DNA of 64,000 nucleotides from a virus (Duplodnaviria; Heunggongvirae; Uroviricota; Caudoviricetes): IMG/VR virus record IMGVR_UViG_3300008267_000033, positions 64,001 to 128,000 of that record; one strand, 5' to 3'. Shown piece by piece: positions 55,039 to 64,000 of this stretch (position 1 is its first letter; each line of letters starts with the position of its first letter). The notes under the pieces were generated by a model. It saw only the letters and a program-made list of their open reading frames with translations, ran no database searches and was not told where the DNA came from. The position numbers and the translations under genes were made by a program.

Positions 55039-58000
55039 TTAGACCAAAATATTAGATTTGGGAAATACCAGATATTTATCCAATGTGTCACTGGTATCAT
55101 ACATATCCACTGGCGCAATAAACTGCATGCTGGCTTCATCAAATGTGGTTTCGTTGCCAATCACAGTGACCACAGTTATCAAATTTTGCCAGTTGATTAG
55201 TGTCAATCCCACGCCTGGAGCTGTTGGACGATACAATTGAGCAGTAGCGTAGAACTGTCCTTGTGTGACTTGTACAAAGCTGTTGGGTGCAATCTGCTGA
55301 AAAGGTTGCAGGGTGACCACAGCCGGATCAGTGGCAGTGGCTGGTGTTATGACCACTTCATAAATGTCCATGCGGTAATTGCCCCAGTTAGCAGTCATCA
55401 ACCCTGTGTCATTGAGTAGTTGTACAGGAGGGCTGTCGGCAGCAGTGATGGTAGCGACAGACACAGTTTGATTCACACTCACAGTGTATGTGCCTGCGCC
55501 ACCGGCCGCAGTCTGAAATGCCGTGATTGTGGTATTTGCAGATATTCCAGTTCCTATGAGTTCTGTGCCTATTGCCAGGGTACCTGTAATGATAGAACTC
55601 ACAGTGAGTGTGGTGCCAGATATTGATCCTCTAAATGTGGCGGCAATTTCTGCAATACGAAATTGAGTACTATTGGGTTTGTCATACACACAATAAATTT
55701 GGTTGTTGGTACCAAATCCTACCACGTCGCCAATGGCATCACCGGTGAACCATATGATATCACCTGCTGTCATGTCAGTGGTATCGGTACAAGTTATACG
55801 GTCTGTGGCTGCTGTGGTAGCTGTGCAGTCCACCTGAAAGCCGCCGGGAATGGTGTAAGCACTATCAAAACTGCCGGTAGCAAATCCCACTGTGGCAGTA
55901 TCAAATCCTGTGCTGTCATACACCGCAGTGTACTCTTGCCAGGCTTCATCGTTTGTGTAATTGGCAAAATTTTCTTGTTTGACAAAGATGATTTTGGTGC
56001 CGTTGTCTAGAACCACTTTTGTACCAAATGGTGCTGTGCCACCATCGTCGATCCAGGTCAAGCCATCAACTCCACCCATAGCATTGATTTCATCTTGAGT
56101 GCGGTAGTTGATGTCCACATAGGCCAAATTGGTAGCACATTGTACCTGGCCCAGATTCACAAAACCTGCGGTGTTTTCATAGTCAAAAGTGGTTAGACTG
56201 CCCTCAGGGGTCCACTGCTGTGTTTCTGTGTCCCAGTTGCGACTTAGAGTGCGATCCAGCACATAGCGATCAACCTTGTAGTCCACACTGTTGAGTTGTT
56301 GCGCAAAATATTCCGATATGTAGTAGGCAATCTGCTGACTGCGTCCTGGGTTGGCGTAGCAGATCACCCAGGCTGGTGTAAATCCCAGCACCCGCCCATT
56401 GGTTTGTTTGCTGGTCATCCACAAGGGCAATTTGGTAGATATCTGTCCCACCACATCAATCACTTGGTCTCGCATGTTGATCAAACTGTTGGGATACACC
56501 TGTGTGACAGACGTACTGCCGTCGCCGGGGTCTGTGATGGCATAGGGCAAATTTACAATTTTGTTCACACTTTCACCGGCTGCATTCACAAGATTGTCAA
56601 CAATTCGGCTGTACACAACTTCATAAACAACATTGCCGTTGACGTCCAATGCCTGCGCAGTTTCAATACTGCCCAGTATGAGATTTTTCCAGTAGTGGTT
56701 GAGGTACAAGCTGGACACATAAGTGTCAATGGTTTCCGGTGCCAGGCCCACCGCATGTTCGTACTTAACAGCAGTGCTGACTCCAAAGTTGGCGTCATCA
56801 GGTCTGTAAATGTATGTAGGCACAAAAATTTCTTGATTGGTTAACAGGCTGTTCAGCAGCAGTCGATCATTCACCGGCGGTTGTGCTACCACATACAAAT
56901 TTTGATAAGGATAGTTGTACTCTCTTAGCAATTTTAGATTGAATGTGCGAAACACCGACACTGCATCCAGTGCGCCAGTGACCTGCATCACTGGCTCGAG
57001 CACAGCACCAGTACCGCCAAATCCCTGGGTCACTGTCAGTGTGGCTGGCGCAGTGTATCCTTCGCCCTGTGTGGTCACAATCACAGAAGTGATGACCCCA
57101 CCACTGACCACTGCTGTGGCAGTGGCTGTGACTGCGGTGGCACCCACTGGAGCTGAAAACGTCAGCGTGGGCAAATTCACACTGCTGTAGCCTGATCCGC
57201 CATTGACCACGGTCACACTGGCCACATTGAATATATCTTGTGTGCTACTTTCTGAATAGGCATTGATAGTAAACACAAATTCACTGTCAAATGTGGTCTC
57301 TTCCACTCCGGTGATATTGCTTTGAGTTCGGTCAAATGTGGTAAAACCCAGGTCCACTGCAAATGTGTTGAACGTGACCCTTCCGGCAATTTCTCCACTG
57401 GGCAACAGTTGCAGACCCTGCGGCAGTTCGTTGAATGCACCACTTTTGAGTCTATAGCTCAACACAGTGCCGCCACGATTCACAGCTTCAATTTTGAGTA
57501 GGCTGGTGGCTCCATTTTCTATTGCGCCCAGATCTGTCTCAGTGATCCAGAGAGATTCAGTGTCAGACTGACCAATGATGGTGATGGTAAAAGGATATGG
57601 TTGACTGACCACTGTGGGATTGCTGACCTGGCTCACAGTGATGTTGAAGCTGAAAGTTACTTCTAACAGACCTTGATCAGGAATAAATCCGTAATACCAA
57701 CCTGTGGTGGGATCCAGTGTGAGTCCCGGTGGTAGTCCTTCGCCTTGATTGACAGAAATACTGTAGGTCAATCCCACAGTGTCATAGTCATTGCCCCTAA
57801 ACTGATAGGCAAAATAGTTGTCGGCACGCACTCGACCCAGATCACTGGGTTGAGCATTCAGCAAAAAGGGACTGCGATCTACATCAACGTCTGCTGTGAC
57901 AAAAGTATTGTCACTGGTGACTTCTGTGTTGTCTGCAGTGAGATCATCTTTGTTGTACACATATATGGTAAAAGTTCTTAGATTGCTGCTTTTGCCGTCA

Positions 58001-58866
58001 GTGGCTTGCAGGGTAAACTGATAATTTTTGTTGATGGCTTCGACCACAAAATCAAAAGGCACAGTGTCATTTTGAGTAAGGTCGTAGCCTGCAGTTTGTC
58101 CAACGTCGGCAGCAGGTTGTATGTAGCCAGACAGACGACCGGCTGTGGTGAGGGTTAGTCCTGGGGGTAATTCACCTGCCACTTTACGAACTGTGATGGT
58201 TTCGTCAGGATCTTGATTGGTTGTTTCAAAGGTCAGATCCACAAGATCACCGTCATAGTAGATGCCCACCCAACCAGTGATTGTGGCACCCAAGTTGGTT
58301 TGACTGATGTTAATGGTGTATCGTCCTATGCCGCCGTTGGCTGTGCCAGTGTTGGTAATGGTGGTGCCTGGCACAATGCCAATGCCACGCAGTGCCATGC
58401 CATTGAGTATGGGGCCGGTGGTGACTGCACTTACCACAAGCTGGTCGCCGTTGATGGCTGCCACAAAAACAGCAGTGTCCGAAGTATCAAACGACCCCAC
58501 AGGGGTGGCAAATTCAGGCACGTCATTGCCTGACACAGTGAGTATGAATGTGCGATCGGCAATGCGAAGAACAGCACCAGTGGCTTCATTTTCGGTGTAG
58601 GCTCGCACAGTGAATTTGCTGGTTTCGTTACGATTGACCAGTTGCGGCACACCCTGCAAACTGGCAATGGCCTGCGGCACCCCAGCCACCAGGCCAGTGA
58701 GGCTGCACTGTACACCAGCAGGCAAACGGCCGGCTATGACTTGATAATACACCTCTGTGCCAGGTTCGGGCACAGGATCATAGGCCGACAGTGTTTGCTG
58801 GTAAAATATGCCTTCAGGTATGATACCCAAGCTGCCGGCGGGGGTGATCCAAATAGGTTGTGCCAT
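55039..58866 (-). CDS. Large baseplate wedge-like protein with putative Ig (He_PIG-like) repeats
   Basis: Four LP.G(L/V) units (LPAGV, LPPGLTL x2, LPQGLQL), [10 protein letters not shown] motifs, Thr-rich. Confidence 0.65.
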   Translation of the reverse strand: MAQPIWITPAGSLGIIPEGIFYQQTLSAYDPVPEPGTEVYYQVIAGRLPAGVQCSLTGLVAGVPQAIASLQGVPQLVNRNETSKFTVRAYTENEATGAVLRIADRTFILTVSGNDVPEFATPVGSFDTSDTAVFVAAINGDQLVVSAVTTGPILNGMALRGIGIVPGTTITNTGTANGGIGRYTINISQTNLGATITGWVGIYYDGDLVDLTFETTNQDPDETITVRKVAGELPPGLTLTTAGRLSGYIQPAADVGQTAGYDLTQNDTVPFDFVVEAINKNYQFTLQATDGKSSNLRTFTIYVYNKDDLTADNTEVTSDNTFVTADVDVDRSPFLLNAQPSDLGRVRADNYFAYQFRGNDYDTVGLTYSISVNQGEGLPPGLTLDPTTGWYYGFIPDQGLLEVTFSFNITVSQVSNPTVVSQPYPFTITIIGQSDTESLWITETDLGAIENGATSLLKIEAVNRGGTVLSYRLKSGAFNELPQGLQLLPSGEIAGRVTFNTFAVDLGFTTFDRTQSNITGVEETTFDSEFVFTINAYSESSTQDIFNVASVTVVNGGSGYSSVNLPTLTFSAPVGATAVTATATAVVSGGVITSVIVTTQGEGYTAPATLTVTQGFGGTGAVLEPVMQVTGALDAVSVFRTFNLKLLREYNYPYQNLYVVAQPPVNDRLLLNSLLTNQEIFVPTYIYRPDDANFGVSTAVKYEHAVGLAPETIDTYVSSLYLNHYWKNLILGSIETAQALDVNGNVVYEVVYSRIVDNLVNAAGESVNKIVNLPYAITDPGDGSTSVTQVYPNSLINMRDQVIDVVGQISTKLPLWMTSKQTNGRVLGFTPAWVICYANPGRSQQIAYYISEYFAQQLNSVDYKVDRYVLDRTLSRNWDTETQQWTPEGSLTTFDYENTAGFVNLGQVQCATNLAYVDINYRTQDEINAMGGVDGLTWIDDGGTAPFGTKVVLDNGTKIIFVKQENFANYTNDEAWQEYTAVYDSTGFDTATVGFATGSFDSAYTIPGGFQVDCTATTAATDRITCTDTTDMTAGDIIWFTGDAIGDVVGFGTNNQIYCVYDKPNSTQFRIAEIAATFRGSISGTTLTVSSIITGTLAIGTELIGTGISANTTITAFQTAAGGAGTYTVSVNQTVSVATITAADSPPVQLLNDTGLMTANWGNYRMDIYEVVITPATATDPAVVTLQPFQQIAPNSFVQVTQGQFYATAQLYRPTAPGVGLTLINWQNLITVVTVIGNETTFDEASMQFIAPVDMYDTSDTLDKYLVFPKSNILV

Positions 58867-58872
58867 GTTATG

Positions 58873-61317
58873 TTACACGTTCTGCCAGGCGTTGGCATTG
58901 TAGATTCTGAGTACATTGGCGGCGGTGTTGAAGTAAAATTGCCCTTGGACATTACCACTTAATGGGTTAGCGTTTGCGGTTGGTATGATCAAACTGGTCA
59001 ATGATCCCAGGCTGGTGATGTTGGGCTGGGCCGCTGTGGTAACTGTGCCTGCTGTTGTAGCACTGGTGGCTGTGGTTGCTGTGGTTGCTGTGGTGGCTGT
59101 GGTGGCTGTGGTTGCACTGGCCACTGTTCCTGTGACATTGCCCCCTGTGATTGATGACAACGCTGCACCTGATCCAAAATGTGTGCCGGTGATATTGGCA
59201 CCAGTAATGTTGCCTGTTACTGAAACAGTGGCGCCTGTGAGTGTTGTGGCATTGACATTGGCTCCGCCCAGCACATTACCACCTGTGATATTGCCAGAGA
59301 CTGACACTGTGGTGCCTGTGTGAGTGGTGGCATTGACATTGGCAACACCGGTGATGTTGCCACTGGTTATGTTGCCGGTAACATTGAGTGCAGAAACTAC
59401 GTTGCCACTCAAACTCAAACCAACAGCGTTCAAGTTGCCACCTGTGATATTGCCTGTTACTGACACTGTGGTACCTGTGTGAGTGGTGGCATTGACATTG
59501 GCTCCACCCAGCACATTACCACCTGTTATATTGCCAGTGGCACTGACAGTGGAACCTTCCAAGGCACCAACTAAAAAAGTGCCATAGCTACTGACTGTGA
59601 CCACTTCGTTGGTGATACCCACTTCTTGAGCAGCAATTAGTTTTCCTGCACTTTGATCGTAGCCTATGAATGCTGATTTTTCTGCGGTGCTGTAATAAAA
59701 CAACTGCTGGCCACGATCAAAGCCGTCATTGCTGGCCAAAGCAGCATTGTTGGCTCCGCGACCTACGCCAACAATGGGATCTTTGATGGCCAAGTTTGTG
59801 GCATTCAAATAGCTGGTACTACCCCCCACTGCAAGATTCCCGGCCAACACTGTATCGCCGGCTGCACTCACTGTGCCACCAGTGGCCAGGTTGCCTCCAG
59901 TGATGGTTCCTGTGGCTGCAAAGGCATTGGTGGTTTTGTCAAAGGTCAAGTTGGCAGTGGCGTTTGCTATTGCACTGTCGTTGAATATCACTTGAGTGTT
60001 GGCACCAGGCGCTGTTAAATTACCTGAAATATTACCAACCACATTGCCAATGAAGTTTGGTGCTGTGACATTGCCTGCAGACGACACAATGCCTAAGGTG
60101 CGTATATTGCCACCGTCTATGTTGCCAGCCACGTTGGCTAGACCAGCAGTGACCAAGTTGCCACCTGTGACGTTGCCTGTGACTGAAACAGTGGCGCCTG
60201 TGTGAGTGGTGGCATTGACATTGGCTCCGCCCAGTACGTTGCCACCAGTGATGTTGCCTGTTGCGCTGACTTGGCCACCAGTGAGAATATTGCCACCAGT
60301 GATGTTGCCTGTAGCTGTGATAACGCCTAATGAATTTAGTTGTGTGGCAATTTCGATGTTGCCTCCAGAAATATTGGCTGCTGTCACAATATTACCAACA
60401 GCAGAAACAATTGTGCCTGATTGAATAACACCAGTGGCACTGACTATGCCACCTGTGTTGACATTGCCACCTGTGATGTTGCCTGTGGCCACTATGGTCT
60501 GCCCAGCTGTGACTGTGTTGCTGCTGATGGCACCATTGCCGCCCAGGGCATTGCTCACATTCAAAAAGTTCAGTGTTCCCACTGTGGTCAAACTGCTGGT
60601 GGTCACGTTAGAACTAAGTGTGGCACCAGTGAGCAAGGCTGCATTGGAGCTCACGGTGATACCTGACAATTGTGATCCATTGCCAATGAAATAGTTGCCT
60701 GACACATTACCCACTGCACTCATTGTGGCACCCACGGTGATCAACCCGGTTATGGCCAAGTTGGCGCCTGTAATATTGCCTGCAGCATTGACATCCTGCC
60801 CGGCATTTACTGTGGCCACTGCTATGTCGCCTGCGGCTGATACTGCACCAGGTGTGACCAAGTTACCACCACGTACATTGCCTGTGACACTGAGTGTGCC
60901 CAAGGTGCCCACTGTGGTCAAACTGCTGACTGTGACGTTGGAACTCAGGGTTGATCCTGTGATCAATGCTGCGGCAGCAACAGACACCACCCCTGTCAGT
61001 TGCGAGCCATTGCCCAAGAAAAACTGCCCAGCAGTGATGTTGCCCACAGCTGAAATAGCTGTGTTGCCAATCAAGGTGCCTGTCACAGTGGCTCCTGTGG
61101 CAGTGACAGCTATCACGTTGGCCACGCCCTGCGGGCTCATTAATATAGCACCGCTGTTGAGTATGTTGATATTGCTGGTACCGTTGCTGATACCGCTTAC
61201 CCCGCCAGCAGCAAACAGCTGACTGAAGTTGTTGTTGGTTTTGCCAAATGCTGTGCGAATCGGGTCGCCTGCGCCGTCGTTGGCAGTGGTTCCAATGCTG
61301 ATGATTTCTTGTGCCAT
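58873..61317 (-). CDS. Tail fibre-like protein with gp9/gp10-like N-terminus and GNITGGN repeats
   Basis: IISIGTTANDGAGDPIRTAFGKTNNNF, then many GN(I/V)TGGN units. Confidence 0.75.
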   Translation of the reverse strand: MAQEIISIGTTANDGAGDPIRTAFGKTNNNFSQLFAAGGVSGISNGTSNINILNSGAILMSPQGVANVIAVTATGATVTGTLIGNTAISAVGNITAGQFFLGNGSQLTGVVSVAAAALITGSTLSSNVTVSSLTTVGTLGTLSVTGNVRGGNLVTPGAVSAAGDIAVATVNAGQDVNAAGNITGANLAITGLITVGATMSAVGNVSGNYFIGNGSQLSGITVSSNAALLTGATLSSNVTTSSLTTVGTLNFLNVSNALGGNGAISSNTVTAGQTIVATGNITGGNVNTGGIVSATGVIQSGTIVSAVGNIVTAANISGGNIEIATQLNSLGVITATGNITGGNILTGGQVSATGNITGGNVLGGANVNATTHTGATVSVTGNVTGGNLVTAGLANVAGNIDGGNIRTLGIVSSAGNVTAPNFIGNVVGNISGNLTAPGANTQVIFNDSAIANATANLTFDKTTNAFAATGTITGGNLATGGTVSAAGDTVLAGNLAVGGSTSYLNATNLAIKDPIVGVGRGANNAALASNDGFDRGQQLFYYSTAEKSAFIGYDQSAGKLIAAQEVGITNEVVTVSSYGTFLVGALEGSTVSATGNITGGNVLGGANVNATTHTGTTVSVTGNITGGNLNAVGLSLSGNVVSALNVTGNITSGNITGVANVNATTHTGTTVSVSGNITGGNVLGGANVNATTLTGATVSVTGNITGANITGTHFGSGAALSSITGGNVTGTVASATTATTATTATTATTATSATTAGTVTTAAQPNITSLGSLTSLIIPTANANPLSGNVQGQFYFNTAANVLRIYNANAWQNV
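59060..60260 (-). repeat. Internal coding repeats of the fibre gene
   Basis: GNITGGNVLGGANVNATT(H/L)TG unit at about 59240-59300, 59470-59540 and 60190-60260; 9-nt tandem (GTGGTTGCT-type, encoding ATT) at about 59060-59120. Confidence 0.75.
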
Positions 61318-61335
61318 GTTTGTGTTCCAGTGCAG

Positions 61336-61365
61336 TATTTACCAAAACTTTTATTGTGCTAAATA
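61336..61365. promoter_or_regulatory. Back-to-back divergent late promoters between two fibre genes
   Basis: TAAATA on minus (61336-61341) and on plus (61360-61365). Confidence 0.7.
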
Positions 61366-61384
61366 CTCAGAATGGGAGTGTTCA

Positions 61385-63223
61385 ATGGCATATATCGTCA
61401 ATAATAGTCGTGGGCAGATTGTGGCCGTGGTAGGTGACGGCACTGTAAATACATCTGCTACCGATTTGGCTCTGATTGGGCGAGCTGTAACCAATTTTGG
61501 TGATTTTCAAAACGAAAATTTTATATATCTGCTGGAAAATTTTGCCAGTCCCGCTGCGCCCACACAGCCGGTACTGGGGCAACTGTGGTACAACAGTTCT
61601 CTGGATGAAATCAATACCTACAGCACAGCCAATGTGTTTGTGGCCTTGGCCACTCAAGACTATGTACAATTACAAAAAATCAGTCCTGTGTTTACTGGCA
61701 CACCCACAGCACCCACGGCTGCCACACTGACCAACAGCACACAGTTGGCCACCACAGCTTTTGTGCAACTGAACAAGATCAGCCCTGCTTTTACTGGCAC
61801 ACCCACTGTGCCCACGCCTGTTTATGGCACAAATACCACACAGGTGGCCACCACAGCTTTTGTGCAGGGCGAAAAGGTCAGCCCTGCTTTTACTGGCACA
61901 CCCACTGTGCCCACGCCTGTTTATGGCAGTAGTACTACTGAAATTGCTTCCACAGCATTTGTACAGGGTGAAAAAGTCAGTCCGGTGTTTACTGGCATTC
62001 CTATTGCACCCACTGCTGCACCAGGAACCAGTACCACTCAGATTGCTACCACAGCTTTTGTGGGTACAAGTCCGGTGTTCACTGGCGTACCAATTGCGCC
62101 CACTGCTGTGCCAGGTACCAGTAGCACTCAGATTGCTACCACAGCTTTTGTGGGTACAAGTCCAGTGTTCACTGGCGTACCAATTGCACCCACTGCTGCA
62201 CCAGGAACCAGTACCACTCAAATTGCTACCACAGGTTTTGTACAAGGGGAGAAAACAAGCCCTGCGTTTAATGGCGTGCCCACTGCGCCCACTGCTGCGC
62301 CAAGTACAAACAGTGTGCAGTTGGCCACCACAGCGTTTGTACAAGGTGAAAAAGTCAGTCCTATATTCACTGGCGTGCCCACTGCGCCCACTGCTGCACC
62401 AGGGACCAGTACCACTCAGATTGCTACCACAGCTTTTGTGACAAATGCGCCAGTGTTTCAGGGCGTTGCCATAGCAACCACAGCCGTAGCAGGAACCAAC
62501 ACTGATCAAATTGCTACCACGGCTTTTGTACAAAGTGAAAAAGTCAGTCCTATATTTACTGGTGTGCCCACAGCACCTACTGCTGGACCAGGCACCGGTA
62601 CCACTCAAATTGCCACCACAGCTTTTGTACAAGGTGAAAAAGTCAGTCCTGTGTTTACTGGTGTGCCCACAGTACCTACTGCACCCCTTGCTACCAACAC
62701 TGATCAAATTGCTACCACAGCTTTTGTAAAAAACAATGTGAACAATCTTGGCAGTATGTCCACACAAAATGCCAGTGCAGTGGCTATCACAGGTGGAACT
62801 GTGACTGGTATCACACCGTTGACCATTGCCAACGGTGGCACAGGTGCCAGTGATGCTGGAGTGGCCAGATTCAACCTTGGTCTGGCCACAGGAGCAACAA
62901 CCACAGTGGGCACAATGGCAACACAAAATGCCAATGTTGTGGCCATCACAGGTGGTAGCATACTCAATATAACAGACTTGATCATTGCTGATGGCGGTAC
63001 AGGTGCCAGCACTGCTGCACAGGCCAGAATCAACCTGGGCGTACCTGATGCTGCCAATATCTCAATCTCTGGAGGTAGTGGACTCACTGGAGGTGGTGAT
63101 TTAACAGCCAGCAGAACCATATCAATAGCCACCAACAGCAATGGATTTGGCGAAAGATATATATCTAGCGCCACTCCCAGCAACGCCACGGGTGTTGACG
63201 GAGATATCTGGTATCAAATCTAA
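61385..63223 (+). CDS. Tail fibre protein with 11 SPxFTGxPTAPT...QIATTAFV repeats
   Basis: Start moved to ATG 61385 after GGGAG; repeats are of the phage tail-fibre (gpH-like) type; C-terminal GDIWYQI. Confidence 0.8.
   Translation: MAYIVNNSRGQIVAVVGDGTVNTSATDLALIGRAVTNFGDFQNENFIYLLENFASPAAPTQPVLGQLWYNSSLDEINTYSTANVFVALATQDYVQLQKISPVFTGTPTAPTAATLTNSTQLATTAFVQLNKISPAFTGTPTVPTPVYGTNTTQVATTAFVQGEKVSPAFTGTPTVPTPVYGSSTTEIASTAFVQGEKVSPVFTGIPIAPTAAPGTSTTQIATTAFVGTSPVFTGVPIAPTAVPGTSSTQIATTAFVGTSPVFTGVPIAPTAAPGTSTTQIATTGFVQGEKTSPAFNGVPTAPTAAPSTNSVQLATTAFVQGEKVSPIFTGVPTAPTAAPGTSTTQIATTAFVTNAPVFQGVAIATTAVAGTNTDQIATTAFVQSEKVSPIFTGVPTAPTAGPGTGTTQIATTAFVQGEKVSPVFTGVPTVPTAPLATNTDQIATTAFVKNNVNNLGSMSTQNASAVAITGGTVTGITPLTIANGGTGASDAGVARFNLGLATGATTTVGTMATQNANVVAITGGSILNITDLIIADGGTGASTAAQARINLGVPDAANISISGGSGLTGGGDLTASRTISIATNSNGFGERYISSATPSNATGVDGDIWYQI
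61680..62730 (+). repeat. Tandem coding repeat array, 11 units of 99 or 90 nt
   Basis: 33-aa units (ending VQGEKV) mixed with 30-aa units (ending VGT/VTN). Confidence 0.9.
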
Positions 63224-63226
63224 CAT

Positions 63227-64000
63227 ATGGCAAACACAGTTGTAAGACCCCTTGGTTACGATAACACTCGACAACAGTTGACTTGGACCAGCCTTACATC
63301 AAGTTGCAGGGCCTATCTTTTTGGCGGGGGTGGCGGGGGTGGCGGCAATGATTCTGCAACAGGTGGGGTTGGGTCGGGCGGAGGATTCTCATATGTTAAT
63401 TTCAATATAAATCCTGGCGATGTGCTCACAGTGGTAGTAGGCGGGCCTGGCGGAGCTGGTGCCAGCGGTGTCAGTGGACAAGGTGGTGGGCAAGCTGGTG
63501 CCAGCTTGTTGGACGCCAACACAGTGTTCACCACACGAGATGCAGCAGCCTCTCCGCCGGTGTACGCCCAATACAACCCTAATTATTGTGCATTTCTCAA
63601 CACCTATGGTGTATGGGAATCTAATACCAACATACAGGATTTTGATAGATCTTACCTAGTGTCATTTCCCAGCACTGGTTTGTACACTTTTACCGCCAGT
63701 TCTGACAACAGCGCATCGATTTCCTTGGACGGCCAGGCACTTTTCTTTACTGATACTTTTGTACAAACTTTTGAAAGACCAGCCCAGGTCACTGCTGGCA
63801 ATCACACTGTGAGAATCCAGGCCTTAAACACCGGCGGACCAGGCTCAGTGGGCCTGACCATCAGTGGAGGCAACAACTACAGCGGCGCTCGTGGCGGCAA
63901 TGCTGGTGGTAATGGTTCATCTGGTGCTGGCGGGGGTGGTGCCGGTGCCACGGTGTTGTTGTTGAATGGCACAGTGATTGGCGTGGCTGGTGGTGGTGGC
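63227..64000 (+). CDS. Glycine-rich tail/receptor-binding protein with PA14-like domain (partial; not in ORF track)
   Basis: ATG 63227: MANTVVRPLG...FGGGGGGGG...FPSTGLYTFTASSDNSASISLDG...GNHTVRI; open to the window end. Confidence 0.75.
   Translation, partial: MANTVVRPLGYDNTRQQLTWTSLTSSCRAYLFGGGGGGGGNDSATGGVGSGGGFSYVNFNINPGDVLTVVVGGPGGAGASGVSGQGGGQAGASLLDANTVFTTRDAAASPPVYAQYNPNYCAFLNTYGVWESNTNIQDFDRSYLVSFPSTGLYTFTASSDNSASISLDGQALFFTDTFVQTFERPAQVTAGNHTVRIQALNTGGPGSVGLTISGGNNYSGARGGNAGGNGSSGAGGGGAGATVLLLNGTVIGVAGGGG

Noticed and set aside
61670-62926. 418-aa Cys/His-rich minus-strand ORF
   Set aside because: Antisense shadow of the repetitive tail-fibre gene; no promoter or RBS, and its periodicity simply mirrors the plus-strand repeat.
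1-64000. Alternative genetic code (TAG/TGA recoding) as in some jumbo phages
   Set aside because: Conserved genes (polB, clpA, RFC, galE, phoH) are full length in code 11, and TAG, TGA and TAA all occur at natural gene ends.
1-64000. tRNA, rRNA, integrase or transposase genes
   Set aside because: Intergenic gaps are short and none shows a cloverleaf with T-loop GTTCRA and acceptor stem; no recombinase or transposase motifs were recognised.

Overview
The whole window is a segment of a large T4-like/jumbo tailed-phage genome in the standard genetic code. Spanins and a Bug/TctC protein imply a Gram-negative host, plausibly a betaproteobacterium. From left to right: a DNA-modification/sugar cluster (radical SAM, GalE, GT-B glycosyltransferase, DpdL-like T-fold protein, DpdA/TGT-like transglycosylase); sliding clamp and family-B DNA polymerase; a late region of putative internal head proteins interleaved with glycosyltransferase-like, SGNH-like, PIG-L and radical-SAM genes and a Dps; ClpA and DnaJ; a lysis cassette (holin, GH19 endolysin, separated spanins); an auxiliary cluster (ferritin-like diiron protein, TctC, glutamine amidotransferase, methyltransferase); PhoH, HAD phosphatase, clamp loader, GroES and a DnaE fragment; then baseplate and tail-fibre genes. 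The most striking unexplained signal is a ~19-nt motif (consensus GAGCAAGGTGTGGCGGAAG, read as Q-G-V-A-E). It occurs 14 times in four genes, always in frame at module junctions, and is conserved even at synonymous positions. These genes also share a T4 capsid-targeting-like N-terminus. This suggests polyproteins built from shufflable, protease-released effector cassettes that are packaged into the head. Family assignments come from motif recognition by eye, and no database searches were run.
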